64,000 nucleotides of DNA. It comes from a candidate division WOR-3 bacterium. GTDB taxonomy: Bacteria > Hydrothermota > Tepidihabitantia > Tepidihabitantales > Tepidihabitantaceae. Of this stretch, positions 52,078 through 61,812 are shown piece after piece (position 1 is the stretch's first letter; each line of letters opens with the position of its first letter). The notes under the pieces are model-generated. The model saw only the letters and a list, made by a program, of their open reading frames with translations, did no database searches and had not been told where the DNA came from. Location of the stretch: the NCBI GenBank assembly GCA_965649295.1, contig CBFGKH010000001.1:321881-385880 (forward strand), given 5' to 3'. The position numbers were made by a program, and so were the translations under genes.

Positions 52078-53166
52078 ATGGCAACTGCAGCAAGTGAGTT
52101 CAACCGCCGGTTTGAGCCGCTCCGCCGCCGACTGGCCGAGCTTGAGACCCAGCTTGGCGACCCCAAGACAAGCTCTGACGTGCGACTGCTTGCAAACCTG
52201 ACCCGCGAGCATCGCCGCATTAGTGCCACACTAGGCCGACTGGCCGAGTATGAGAAACTCGAACAGCAGCTTCGCGACGCCGAGGAGATGGCCCGCAGCG
52301 ACGACCCGGAACTGCGCGACCTCGCTGTTAGCGAGCAAGAAGAGCTGAGCAAGAAGAGTCTGGCACTTGCTGCCGAGCTGGAGGCGGCACTTCGGCCCCG
52401 GTCGCCGGACTGGAATAAGAACTGCATCGTCGAGATTCGGGCGGCAGCCGGTGGCGAGGAGGCCGCGCTTTTTGCTGGTGACCTGTTCCGGATGTACAGT
52501 CGCTTTGCCGAGAATCACGGACTCAAGCTGACTGTCCTCGACTCCCGACCGAGCGACCTCAAAGGCTTCCGCGAAATTATTCTCGAAGTCGAGGGCGACG
52601 AACCTTTCCGCTACTTCCGGTTCGAAAGCGGCGTCCACCGGGTGCAGCGCGTTCCTGAGACCGAGGCTTCGGGCCGGATTCACACTTCAACCGTCACAGT
52701 TGCTGTGCTGCCGGAGCCAGAGGAGATTGAGATTAACATCAATCCTGAGGACCTGCGCATTGATGTGTTCCGGGCCGGCGGTCATGGCGGCCAGGGCGTC
52801 AACAAGACCGAATCGGCAGTACGCATCACCCATCTGCCGACTGGCATCGTTGCTCAGTGTCAGGATGAGCGCTCCCAGCAACGTAACAAGGCCCAGGCGA
52901 TGAAGGTGCTGGCTGCTCGCCTGCTTGAAGCCAAACGGCAGCAGGACGAATCGAAGACGACCGCAGCCCGGCGCCGGCAGATTGGTACCGGCGAACGGAG
53001 CGAGAAGATTCGCACGTATAACTTTCCCCAGAACCGGGTCACCGACCACCGCATCGGCTTCACCAGCCACAACCTCACTGCCGTGCTCGAAGGTGCCCTC
53101 GAACCGCTGTTCGACGCCCTCGAAGCCGCCGAGGCCAAGCTCGCCACCGAACCAGTAACTGAGTGA
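52078..53166 (+). CDS. prfA: Peptide chain release factor 1
   Basis: EIRA..GGEEA.LF, HRVQRVPETE (PxT), GGQ, RSEKIRTYNFPQNRVTDHRI. Confidence 0.98.
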   Translation: MATAASEFNRRFEPLRRRLAELETQLGDPKTSSDVRLLANLTREHRRISATLGRLAEYEKLEQQLRDAEEMARSDDPELRDLAVSEQEELSKKSLALAAELEAALRPRSPDWNKNCIVEIRAAAGGEEAALFAGDLFRMYSRFAENHGLKLTVLDSRPSDLKGFREIILEVEGDEPFRYFRFESGVHRVQRVPETEASGRIHTSTVTVAVLPEPEEIEININPEDLRIDVFRAGGHGGQGVNKTESAVRITHLPTGIVAQCQDERSQQRNKAQAMKVLAARLLEAKRQQDESKTTAARRRQIGTGERSEKIRTYNFPQNRVTDHRIGFTSHNLTAVLEGALEPLFDALEAAEAKLATEPVTE

Positions 53167-54002
53167 GCACTGCCAGCAGTGTCCTTGTTCGCAGTGCTGG
53201 CCGCCGCATTGGCCGGGCTGACGCCGAATACCTGCTTGGCCACCTGCTCGGTTGCAAACGCCACGAGCTCTATCTTGGTGCCGAAGTGCCGCCGCGGATT
53301 GCCAGCCGATTTGTCCGGCTGGTCAAACAGGCCGAGCGCGGCTGCCCAGTGCAATATCTGGTCGGCACCGCTCCGTTTATGGACTTCACCGTCAAGGTCA
53401 ACCGCCGCGTCCTCATCCCTAGACCAGAAACTGAAGAACTTGTCCTGCGTGCGCTGGCACGTCTGCACCGTTCCTACGGTGCGGCAGCCAGTTCACTACT
53501 GGCCCTCGATTTTGGTACTGGGTCCGGCTGCATCGCCATTGCTATTGCCCGCCAGCTACCCCAGGCCCGCATAATTGCTGTGGACCGCTCCCTGGCCGCG
53601 CTCCGGCTGGCTAGAGAGAATGCCCGCCAGCTCGGTGTGGCCCGCCGCATTCGGTTCATCCAAGCTGCTAGTCTTACTGCCCGGCCGCTTGCCCGTCTTG
53701 GCAGTAGGCTTGACTTGCTCATCGCCAATCCACCCTATATACCAACCGAACGGCTCCATCGCTTGCCACGAGCAGTGCGCGACTACGAGCCCCGACTTGC
53801 CCTTGATGGCGGACCAAAAGGCACTAAGATTGTCGAGATGCTGCTCAGCCAGGGCCCGGCGTTGCTGAAACCGCAAGGAGTACTTGCCATCGAAATTGAC
53901 CACACTCACGGCCGTTACGTTCGCAACCTGGCACCCACTGCCGAAATCGAGCCAGACCTTGCTGGCCGCACCCGCTACGTCTTCCTTACTGCTGCCGCCT
54001 GA
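53163..54002 (+). CDS. prmC: Release factor glutamine methyltransferase
   Basis: P.QY..G, VLIPRPETE, D.GTGSG.IA, NPPY, EP..ALDGG. Confidence 0.95.
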   Translation: MSTASSVLVRSAGRRIGRADAEYLLGHLLGCKRHELYLGAEVPPRIASRFVRLVKQAERGCPVQYLVGTAPFMDFTVKVNRRVLIPRPETEELVLRALARLHRSYGAAASSLLALDFGTGSGCIAIAIARQLPQARIIAVDRSLAALRLARENARQLGVARRIRFIQAASLTARPLARLGSRLDLLIANPPYIPTERLHRLPRAVRDYEPRLALDGGPKGTKIVEMLLSQGPALLKPQGVLAIEIDHTHGRYVRNLAPTAEIEPDLAGRTRYVFLTAAA

Positions 54003-54844
54003 TGCGCATCGCTTTCATTGTCAATCCGTCTAAACCGCTTGCCCGCCGGCTCGTGCCAGCACTGGCAGCCTGGCTGCGCCGGCAGGGGCACGAGCCGCTG
54101 CTCGGAGCAAAAGACAGCACCGACCAGCACCAGTCGCGAATAGCAACTCTCCGCATGGTGCGCTCGGCTGACCTTGTACTGGCACTCGGCGGCGATGGCA
54201 CACTGCTGCGGGCTGCCCGACTGGTCGGCGCACTCGAAAAACCAATCATGGGCATCAATCTCGGTGGGCTAGGGTTCCTCACCGAGTTCGCAATCGAGGA
54301 GGCCCGGGCCGGCATCCTCGCCTTTGTCCAAGGCCGACACAGCGAAGAACGACGATTGGTCCTCGAATGCCGCTATGGTCGGCGCCGGGGATATGCCCTC
54401 AACGACATCGCCGTCAATATGGGTCTGGCCAACCGGGTGATTGACCTCACCGCCCGCGCCAATGGCACACTGATAACCCGCTTTGTCGGCGACGGCGTGG
54501 TCGTGGCAACGCCAACCGGCTCGACCGCCTATTCGCTGGCTGCCGGCGGCCCGGTTGTCTATCCGACCATGGCCGCAATACTGCTCACCCCGCTTGCACC
54601 CCATGCGCTCGGTTCACGGCCGCTCATCTTGCCCGCCGAAGCAGTGCTCACCCTGGAACTGAGCGAGCGCTCTTCCCAAGCAGTTGTCACCCTTGACGGC
54701 CAGCAGCGCTGGCAACTCGTGCCCAACACCCCAATCAACATCAGTCGGGCCCAGTTTGTGGTCCGGCTGATTACCCCCCGGCACAAGACCTATTTCCAGA
54801 TTCTGCGCGACAAGCTGAAATGGGCCGGAAGCCAACGCCGCTAG
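54002..54844 (+). CDS. nadK: NAD(+) kinase
   Basis: LGGDGT, GIN.G.LGFL, ALND, DG..VATPTGSTAYSLAAGGP. Confidence 0.96.
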   Translation: MRIAFIVNPSKPLARRLVPALAAWLRRQGHEPLLGAKDSTDQHQSRIATLRMVRSADLVLALGGDGTLLRAARLVGALEKPIMGINLGGLGFLTEFAIEEARAGILAFVQGRHSEERRLVLECRYGRRRGYALNDIAVNMGLANRVIDLTARANGTLITRFVGDGVVVATPTGSTAYSLAAGGPVVYPTMAAILLTPLAPHALGSRPLILPAEAVLTLELSERSSQAVVTLDGQQRWQLVPNTPINISRAQFVVRLITPRHKTYFQILRDKLKWAGSQRR

Positions 54845-54845
54845 C

Positions 54846-56633
54846 ATGAAGTCAGGTACAGTCCGCTCCCCGCGTCGCTCTTCAGCCCGTCCTCGGGAGC
54901 AGCCAGCGCGTGGGCTCCTCTCGCTCCATATCCAGAACTATGCCCTGATTGAAAATCTGACCGTCGAGTTCGGACCGGGTCTGAACGTCCTTACCGGTGA
55001 GACTGGCACCGGCAAGTCAATCATCCTCGGTGCATTGAACCTGCTCCTCGGCGAGCGGCCTGACCCGACGATGATTCGCTCCGGCGCCGACTCGGCCCTA
55101 GTCGAAGGCACCTTTGTAGCAACCCCACTAGTAGTATCAATCTGTGCCGAGACCGGTATCCCGCTGCCAGCCACTGCCCAGCCGCTGCTCGTTCTCCGCC
55201 GTCGCATCACTGGTAGCGGCCGCAACAATGCCGCTTGGGCCAACGATGTCGCCATCACCGTCACTACCCTTGCCCGCATCGGTGATCGACTCGTTGACCT
55301 CCACGGCCAGCACCAGCATCAACTCCTGCTCGACCCAAGCTTTCAGCTCGACATCCTTGACGAATACGCTGGCCTTGGCCCGGCCCGACAGCAGTTTGGC
55401 GAACGCTACGCCGAACACGTCGCACTCGTCAGCGCCATAGCCGAACTCGACCGAGTCAGTAGCGAACGGGCTGCCCGCCGTGAGCTGACCGAGTTTCAGC
55501 TCAAAGAACTCGCTACGGCTGCAGTCCAACCCGGCGAGGCCGAACGACTACGCCAAGAGCAGGCGCTCGCCGCCTCAACTGAGAAACGTTGGCAACTGGT
55601 GGCCGGCCTGCGTGACCTGCTGGCCGAGAAAGAAGGCTCACTCCTCGAACTGCTGTCAGGGGTGAGTCGCCACCTCAGTGAGCTCGGCCGGCTCGACCCG
55701 AAGCTGGCCAACTGGCAGGAACCAGTCGCCGCTGCCCGAGCAACCCTCGACGACCTCTGGCGTGAGCTCACCAGCTACGCCGACAAAACCGAATACTCGC
55801 CCGAGCGGATCGAGGAAATCAATGCCCGACTCTTCCTCATCGAGAAGCTGGAACGCAAATACGGCGCGCCTGCCGCCGAGCTACCCGAACTTCAGGCAAA
55901 ACTGCAGGCCGAGCTCGACGCAACTGAAACCGACGCCGACCGCCGCCGCGAACTGGCGGCCCAGCTTGTTGCCCAGCGCCGCGAACTGACGACTGCTGCC
56001 GTTGCCCTTTCCCAACGACGCCAGCAGGCCGCCCGCAAGCTCGAAGCTGCGATTGCTGCCGAGTTCCGCGCCCTCGGCCTAACCGAAGCGAAACTGACTA
56101 TCGCCGTCGTCCCCACCAACGATGCGGCCGGTACTATTGAACACGAGGGCAACCGCTTTCGTCTCACCCCGCTAGGCATTGACACGGTCAGTTTCTCCTT
56201 CTGTGCCAACCCCGGTGAGGAACTCCGACCACTGCGTCGGGTTGCCTCGGGCGGTGAGATATCAAGACTGATGCTGGCCATCAAGACCTGTCTTGCCCAG
56301 AGTGACCCGGTGCCGAGTCTTGTTTTTGACGAGATTGACGCGGGTATCGGCGGACGCGTTGCCGAGGCGGTCGGACTCCGCCTACGCCGGCTCGCCACTG
56401 ATCACCAGGTAATCTGCATCACTCACCTGCCCCAGATTGCCCAATATGCTGACCGCCACCTACTCGTCGCCAAGACCAGGCGCGCTGGCCGCAACGTCAC
56501 CGCCATCCAGGAGCTTGACAACGATGGCCGTGTCCAAGAGCTTGCCCGGATGACCAGCGGTGCTCGCATCTCGGCCGCCAGCCTAGCCCATGCCCGCGAA
56601 CTCATCGCTGCCGCCCAGGCCGACCGTGATTGA
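54846..56633 (+). CDS. recN: DNA repair protein RecN
   Basis: LTGETGTGKS, DLHGQHQHQ.L, NPGE, ASGGEISR.MLA, FDEIDAG, ITHLPQ. Confidence 0.97.
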   Translation: MKSGTVRSPRRSSARPREQPARGLLSLHIQNYALIENLTVEFGPGLNVLTGETGTGKSIILGALNLLLGERPDPTMIRSGADSALVEGTFVATPLVVSICAETGIPLPATAQPLLVLRRRITGSGRNNAAWANDVAITVTTLARIGDRLVDLHGQHQHQLLLDPSFQLDILDEYAGLGPARQQFGERYAEHVALVSAIAELDRVSSERAARRELTEFQLKELATAAVQPGEAERLRQEQALAASTEKRWQLVAGLRDLLAEKEGSLLELLSGVSRHLSELGRLDPKLANWQEPVAAARATLDDLWRELTSYADKTEYSPERIEEINARLFLIEKLERKYGAPAAELPELQAKLQAELDATETDADRRRELAAQLVAQRRELTTAAVALSQRRQQAARKLEAAIAAEFRALGLTEAKLTIAVVPTNDAAGTIEHEGNRFRLTPLGIDTVSFSFCANPGEELRPLRRVASGGEISRLMLAIKTCLAQSDPVPSLVFDEIDAGIGGRVAEAVGLRLRRLATDHQVICITHLPQIAQYADRHLLVAKTRRAGRNVTAIQELDNDGRVQELARMTSGARISAASLAHARELIAAAQADRD

Positions 56634-57231
56634 AGAGCAGCCCGGCCTAATCAATCATGCTCCGGCCCGGCGGATTGTCACCCTTCCCAATGTCCTGAGC
56701 GTATCCCGGCTAGCGCTGCTGCCGCTAATCCTGCTGCTGCTGCTCAAACACCAGGGCCATGCGGCTGCCGGCGTGATGCTCATCTCCTGGCTAACTGATG
56801 CGCTGGACGGCTGGTTCGCCCGCCGGCTCCGACTTGTCTCCAACCTTGGCCGCGTGCTCGATCACCTGGTTGACAAAGTCTGGGTTGGCTCGGTACTGGT
56901 GACACTGGTCTTCACTGCCAATCTGCCGCTGTTCATTGCTGCCAGCGTCATCCTCCGCGATGTGCTGATACTGGCTGGTAGCGGTATCATCATGCGGACC
57001 CGCGGTTCGTTTGTCTCATCCGACGTGCTCGGCAAGATTACCGGCACTGCCTTTGCCCTGATGATTCTCTTCTATACGCTGGCAGTGCCGACGCTACTGC
57101 CCTACAAGCCGATTGTTGACCTAGCGGTAATCACGCTCGTCGTCGTCTCGTTCATCAACTACCTGACCGTATTCCTGCGCCAGATGGTTCACTTTCGCCT
57201 GCCGGGCGAGGACGAGCACCACGACACGTAA
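56626..57231 (+). CDS. CDP-alcohol phosphatidyltransferase (PgsA-like)
   Basis: TLPN.LS..R, TDALDG..AR...VS.LG..LD...DK. Confidence 0.9.
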   Translation: MIEEQPGLINHAPARRIVTLPNVLSVSRLALLPLILLLLLKHQGHAAAGVMLISWLTDALDGWFARRLRLVSNLGRVLDHLVDKVWVGSVLVTLVFTANLPLFIAASVILRDVLILAGSGIIMRTRGSFVSSDVLGKITGTAFALMILFYTLAVPTLLPYKPIVDLAVITLVVVSFINYLTVFLRQMVHFRLPGEDEHHDT

Positions 57232-57233
57232 AC

Positions 57234-57266
57234 ACAAGGTCCGGAGTCAGAGAGTCCGGACCTTGT
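57234..57266. terminator. Probable bidirectional terminator between convergent genes
   Basis: ACAAGGTCCGGA-N9-TCCGGACCTTGT, 12-bp stem. Confidence 0.7.
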
Positions 57267-57309
57267 CCTTTCGTAAACCCTATGGCGAGTGCGCTCTACT
57301 CAGCGCTGC

Positions 57310-58401
57310 CTATTGCTTCGCTACCTGCCGGTAGGCCCGGGCAAAGCAATTGAAGGCCCGCAATACCTCAGCCTTTGACTCCGGGCCCATATGACCGATG
57401 CGGACAACCTTGCCCCGCATCTCCGCTTGGCCGTTGGCGAGCAGCAACTTGTTGCGGGTCTTGACAATCTCAACGATTTTCGTGCCGTCAACCCCTTCGG
57501 GCAGCTTGATGACGGTCAGCGAATTGGCCGGCTGCTGCGGAAAGACAGTAAGCCCCAGCTTGGTCACCCGCTCGCGCACGGCTGTAGCAATCTCCTTGTG
57601 CCGTTTCCAGTTGCGCACCATCCCCACCCTAAGCAGCTTCTTCAGCCCCAAGTCGAGGGCGTAGAAAAGTGAGATGGCCGGCGTCCAGGGTGTCTGGCCT
57701 TTCTCGGCGAAGCGCCGGGCTGCCCGCAGGTCGAAGTAGTAACGGGGTGACCTGACCTTCTCGCACCGCTCCCAGGCCCGCTGGCTCATGCTGATGAACG
57801 CCAGTCCTGGCGGCGCGGCAATGCCCTTCTGCGAACCACCGACAACAACATCACAATACCACTCATCGGCCCGCAGCTCGTCAGCACCGAGCCCGGCAAC
57901 CGCATCAACAATCAGATACCGATTCAGCCGATGACAGACATCGCCAAAGGCCCGGATATCGTTCAGGGCGCCGGTTGAAGTCTCGGTCAGTGTCGCAAAA
58001 ACGCAGCGGGCACTGTCATTGGCCAGCAACCGTCGTTCCAGCTCATCGGCCGGAATTGACTCCCCGAATGGCCGAGAAAGCTCGTCAACATAGGCGTTGT
58101 AACGCAGACAGAGTTCCCGCCACCGTTCGCCAAACTTGCCGGCAACCATGACCAGCACCTTGTCTCCCGGATTGACCATATTGGCAACGGCCGCTTCCAT
58201 CGCGCCGGTGCCCGAGGCCGTAAGCACAAAAACCTGGCCCTGGGTCATCATCACCTTACCCAGTCCGTCCACAACCGAACGGTAGAGTTCACCAAATGCC
58301 GCATCGCGATGATAGACCAAGTCGCGCGCCATCTCGCGCAAAATATCAGCCGGCACAGCGACCGGCCCGGGCGTACAGAGTCGGTATTTAGGCCTGACCA
58401 T
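57310..58401 (-). CDS. Class V aminotransferase (alanine-glyoxylate/serine-pyruvate family)
   Basis: TPGP, SGTGAMEAA, GKFGERW, ETSTG, VDAV, GSQK...PPG, RIGHMG. Confidence 0.92.
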   Translation of the reverse strand: MVRPKYRLCTPGPVAVPADILREMARDLVYHRDAAFGELYRSVVDGLGKVMMTQGQVFVLTASGTGAMEAAVANMVNPGDKVLVMVAGKFGERWRELCLRYNAYVDELSRPFGESIPADELERRLLANDSARCVFATLTETSTGALNDIRAFGDVCHRLNRYLIVDAVAGLGADELRADEWYCDVVVGGSQKGIAAPPGLAFISMSQRAWERCEKVRSPRYYFDLRAARRFAEKGQTPWTPAISLFYALDLGLKKLLRVGMVRNWKRHKEIATAVRERVTKLGLTVFPQQPANSLTVIKLPEGVDGTKIVEIVKTRNKLLLANGQAEMRGKVVRIGHMGPESKAEVLRAFNCFARAYRQVAKQ

Positions 58402-58427
58402 TACTCAACTAGCTCCTTGTTCTAGTT

Positions 58428-59711
58428 TCAAAGCTTTGCCTTCTTCCTGCCATTTTGACGTTGCGCCTTTCTCTGTTCTGACCGCAGACGTCTGATTGCA
58501 CAAAACTCGCCACACATTGTACAGGCACCGTCGGTCTGTGACCGCGCCTGCGCAAAAACCTCTCGCGCCCGCACCGGGTCAACACAGCCGCTGATCATCC
58601 CTTCCCAGTCCAGCCGCGCCCGACAGCGCGAAACCCGGTGGTCCCAGCTAATTGCACCAGGCTGATGCCGAGCAATATCAGCGGCATGGGCCGCAATCCG
58701 GGAGGCAATCACCCCCTGCCGCACATCATCAACTGTCGGCAGCCCCAGGTGTTCGGACGGCGTCACATAGCAAAGAAAATCAGCCCCGTGCCAAGCCGCC
58801 AGTGCCCCGCCGATTGCACCAGTGATATGGTCGTAGCCGCAACCCACATCACTGACGAGCGGCCCGAGCAGATAGAACGGCGCACCGTCACAGACGGTTT
58901 TCTCCAGCCTGACATTCGCCTCAATCTGATCCAGCGGCACGTGCCCCGGCCCCTCGACCATCGCCTGGACACCGGCTGCCCTGGCCCGCTGCACGAGCTC
59001 ACCAATCGTCACCAGCTCCGCAATCTGGGCCACGTCGCTGGCGTCGGCCAGTGCGCCCGGTCGCAGTCCGTCGCCGAGCGACAGACAGCAGCGATACTCC
59101 CGCGCCATTGCCAGCAGCTCATCGTAGTACTCATAGAGCGGGTTCTCGGCTCGGTTGTAAGTCATCCATTCGACCGCCATCGAACCACCGCGCGACACGA
59201 CTCCACAGAGTCTTCGCGCCAACCGCAACCGGGCCAGGTTCGCCTGATTGACCCCGCAGTGGACAGTGATGAAATCCACACCGTCGCGCAGGTGCTTCTC
59301 AACCGCAGCCAGCCAGTCCGCCGCAGTCGTGTCCAAAAAAGACTTCCCCTGCTTACGGGCATCAAGTGCCACCTGATAGAGCGGCACCGTCCCCACTGGC
59401 ACCGCCGAATGCTCCAGAACTGCCCGCCGGATACTGTCAACATCGCCGCCTACCGACAGGTCCATTACCGTATCGGCACCGGCAGCCACGGCTGCTGCCA
59501 GCTTGGCTAGCTCATGCTGGAGATTGCTGCTATCCGGCGAAGTGCCGATATTGGCGTTCACCTTCACCCGCAGGCCCCGCCCCACTGCGAGCGGTTTGAT
59601 ACGACGCCCCTTCGCCCGCAGAATCACCACCCGGCCGGCGTGCCAGTCGGCCGTCAATTGGGCCACCGGCACGCCCTCGCGTCGAGCAATACTCCCTAGA
59701 CCAGTCATCAT
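58428..59711 (-). CDS. thiC: Phosphomethylpyrimidine synthase ThiC family (short form)
   Basis: KVNANIGTS, DTVMDLS, GTVPLYQ, VSRGG, SLGDGLRPG, EGPGH, YDHI, CYVTP.EHL.LP, CTMCG.FC. Confidence 0.85.
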   Translation of the reverse strand: MMTGLGSIARREGVPVAQLTADWHAGRVVILRAKGRRIKPLAVGRGLRVKVNANIGTSPDSSNLQHELAKLAAAVAAGADTVMDLSVGGDVDSIRRAVLEHSAVPVGTVPLYQVALDARKQGKSFLDTTAADWLAAVEKHLRDGVDFITVHCGVNQANLARLRLARRLCGVVSRGGSMAVEWMTYNRAENPLYEYYDELLAMAREYRCCLSLGDGLRPGALADASDVAQIAELVTIGELVQRARAAGVQAMVEGPGHVPLDQIEANVRLEKTVCDGAPFYLLGPLVSDVGCGYDHITGAIGGALAAWHGADFLCYVTPSEHLGLPTVDDVRQGVIASRIAAHAADIARHQPGAISWDHRVSRCRARLDWEGMISGCVDPVRAREVFAQARSQTDGACTMCGEFCAIRRLRSEQRKAQRQNGRKKAKL

Positions 59712-60520
59712 TCTCCTTGCTCTGCTGCCTGCCCCATCTCTTCCAGAGCGACTGATTCGACGCTGTCATCTTCGTAACGCAGACTCACCCGCCGCTTGAC
59801 CGGATCAAAACCAGCCACCACGCCAACCCCACGCTCGGTCACAATCCGCGTACCGAGCAAAGGCATCTCACGTAGCCACTGCTGATAGACCCGATCCTCG
59901 AAGCTCAGGCAGCACAGCAGCTTGCCACAGAGTCCGGAAATCTTCGCCGGCTCGACAAACAGGTTCTGCTGCCGGGCCATCCGCAGGGCAATCGGCCGCA
60001 GCTCGCGCAAGAATGCCTTGCAGCAGACCTCGCGGCCACACGGCCCCAATCCTCCCAGCACCCGGACGTAATCGCGCACACCAATCTGTTTGATTGCCAC
60101 CCGGGCATTCAGCGCTGCCGACACTGCCTTATGCAGCGCCCGAAAGTCAAGCCGCTCCTCGGAAGCAAAATAGAAACAGACCTTGCGCCGGTCCAGCCGC
60201 CAATGGGCACCCACCACCCGCATTCGCAGCCGGAAGTCGTCCTTCAGCCGGTTGAAAACCGCCAGCGCCGCTGGCGTCCGGGCATCAAGCTCCTCGCGCC
60301 GGGCGATGACGTCAGCTGTTGCCAGCCGCAGCACCAGCCCGTGCGGCTCATCCGTCACTGCCCGGGCCACCACCCGGCCCAGCTCTTCTCCTTCCTCATC
60401 CTGAATCACAACCCGGTCGCCCACACCCACGCTCAGGCTGTCCGGCACCGAACACGCCTCAGTCCTGAACGAATGTACCTCAACCGCAACTACCACTTCC
60501 TCGCGCATGTCCACACTCAT
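59708..60520 (-). CDS. PSP1-domain protein (YaaT/RicT family)
   Basis: RLDFR.L, QIGVRD..GG.G.CGR..CC, MAR.Q...KISGLCG.L.CCL.FE. Confidence 0.92.
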   Translation of the reverse strand: MSVDMREEVVVAVEVHSFRTEACSVPDSLSVGVGDRVVIQDEEGEELGRVVARAVTDEPHGLVLRLATADVIARREELDARTPAALAVFNRLKDDFRLRMRVVGAHWRLDRRKVCFYFASEERLDFRALHKAVSAALNARVAIKQIGVRDYVRVLGGLGPCGREVCCKAFLRELRPIALRMARQQNLFVEPAKISGLCGKLLCCLSFEDRVYQQWLREMPLLGTRIVTERGVGVVAGFDPVKRRVSLRYEDDSVESVALEEMGQAAEQGE

Positions 60521-60525
60521 CGTCG

Positions 60526-61812
60526 CTAGCGCAGCTCAGCCTGTTCCTCGGCCGACAGATAGTGTTCCAGCCCGGTCGGCGGTTCTTCCTTGGCATTGGT
60601 CCAGACCAGCCGAAAGTTACCGTCACCACGAATATCAACAAAGACAAATCGGTAGCCGATGCCGTAGTAGTGCCAATACTCCCGCGGTCGAGTACCACTC
60701 TCAATGACCTTCTGCTCAATCGCGTCCGGCTCGCCGTACTTCACATAGATTCGGCCGCGATCGGTCCGTAGCCCCGACTCCTTCGGACGGCGGAATCGCT
60801 CTGCCGCTGTCTCCATCCGCCGGGCAAACTCGGTCAGATTGTGCTGGGACCAGAACTGCGCCAGCCACGCCTCCTTGCCCGAATCACTCAGCGCCTGATA
60901 GTAAGCAAGCTGCCGCGGTGTGGCAATGTAGCTAATCTCACGATAGTAACGCTGCTCACGCTCACCTAGCCCCACCAGTCTCGGTGCCGGCCCAGCCGGC
61001 CCTACTACCTCGCCAACCACAAAGGGCCGGTTCGTTCTTACTGTCTGGCCAGTACCGAAGTCAGTCAGCGCCACGCCAAGCTCATACTCGCCGGGTCCAA
61101 GACTCGCGACCTCAAGACCAAACGCAGCCCCCACCGTGGTTGCCGAACGTGGCCGCGACAGCAACCCTGACTGAACAACTGTATCCACCCTCTCGCCCCG
61201 CCGCAGTACCCACGTCTCCAGACCATACTCGCCGGTATCCGGCGAAAGGCCATACCCCTCATAGTAGAAATAGAGCGTATCAAACCCGGCAGCCCCGAAC
61301 CGGCGCGACGGATGGGGCAGCACCGAAACCCGACCGCCAAAACTATCAGTCACCACCCTGGCACCAAGCTGCAGCGAAGAGATACCAAATCCACTACCAA
61401 ATCGGCCCACGACCAGCGTCTCAACCACCGTTCCACTATTCCTGCCAGCAGGTGATGAATCAGTAATCGTCATCTCGAACCGATACCGCCCAGCCGGCGC
61501 AACAATACTGAATCCGTCAACAAACGTCCGCTGCCGGGCCGCTGCCTGTGCAAAGCCTCCCGGGCCCAGGCTCGCTCGCTTGCTGAACTGACCCGACTGT
61601 GCGAAACTGTTGTCAATCCCGCGAAAATCAATCGCTACCGCAAAAGACGCCGTCGGCCCGCCCGCCGAGTCAACATAAAGCAACTGGTCATAGGGCACCG
61701 CATAGAAAAAGTCCACCCGGCTCGAATCTTCGGTCGCCCGAAAGACCGCCCAGTCCACGCTGAACTGGAGCGCTCCAACCAAGGTCAGGCAAAGTGCCAG
61801 ACTAACGGTCAT
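60526..61812 (-). CDS. GWxTD-domain protein
   Basis: Signal peptide; YIAT, FW, GLRTDRGRIYVKYGEPD, E.W.Y, FVFVD..G.G. Confidence 0.82.
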   Translation of the reverse strand: MTVSLALCLTLVGALQFSVDWAVFRATEDSSRVDFFYAVPYDQLLYVDSAGGPTASFAVAIDFRGIDNSFAQSGQFSKRASLGPGGFAQAAARQRTFVDGFSIVAPAGRYRFEMTITDSSPAGRNSGTVVETLVVGRFGSGFGISSLQLGARVVTDSFGGRVSVLPHPSRRFGAAGFDTLYFYYEGYGLSPDTGEYGLETWVLRRGERVDTVVQSGLLSRPRSATTVGAAFGLEVASLGPGEYELGVALTDFGTGQTVRTNRPFVVGEVVGPAGPAPRLVGLGEREQRYYREISYIATPRQLAYYQALSDSGKEAWLAQFWSQHNLTEFARRMETAAERFRRPKESGLRTDRGRIYVKYGEPDAIEQKVIESGTRPREYWHYYGIGYRFVFVDIRGDGNFRLVWTNAKEEPPTGLEHYLSAEEQAELR

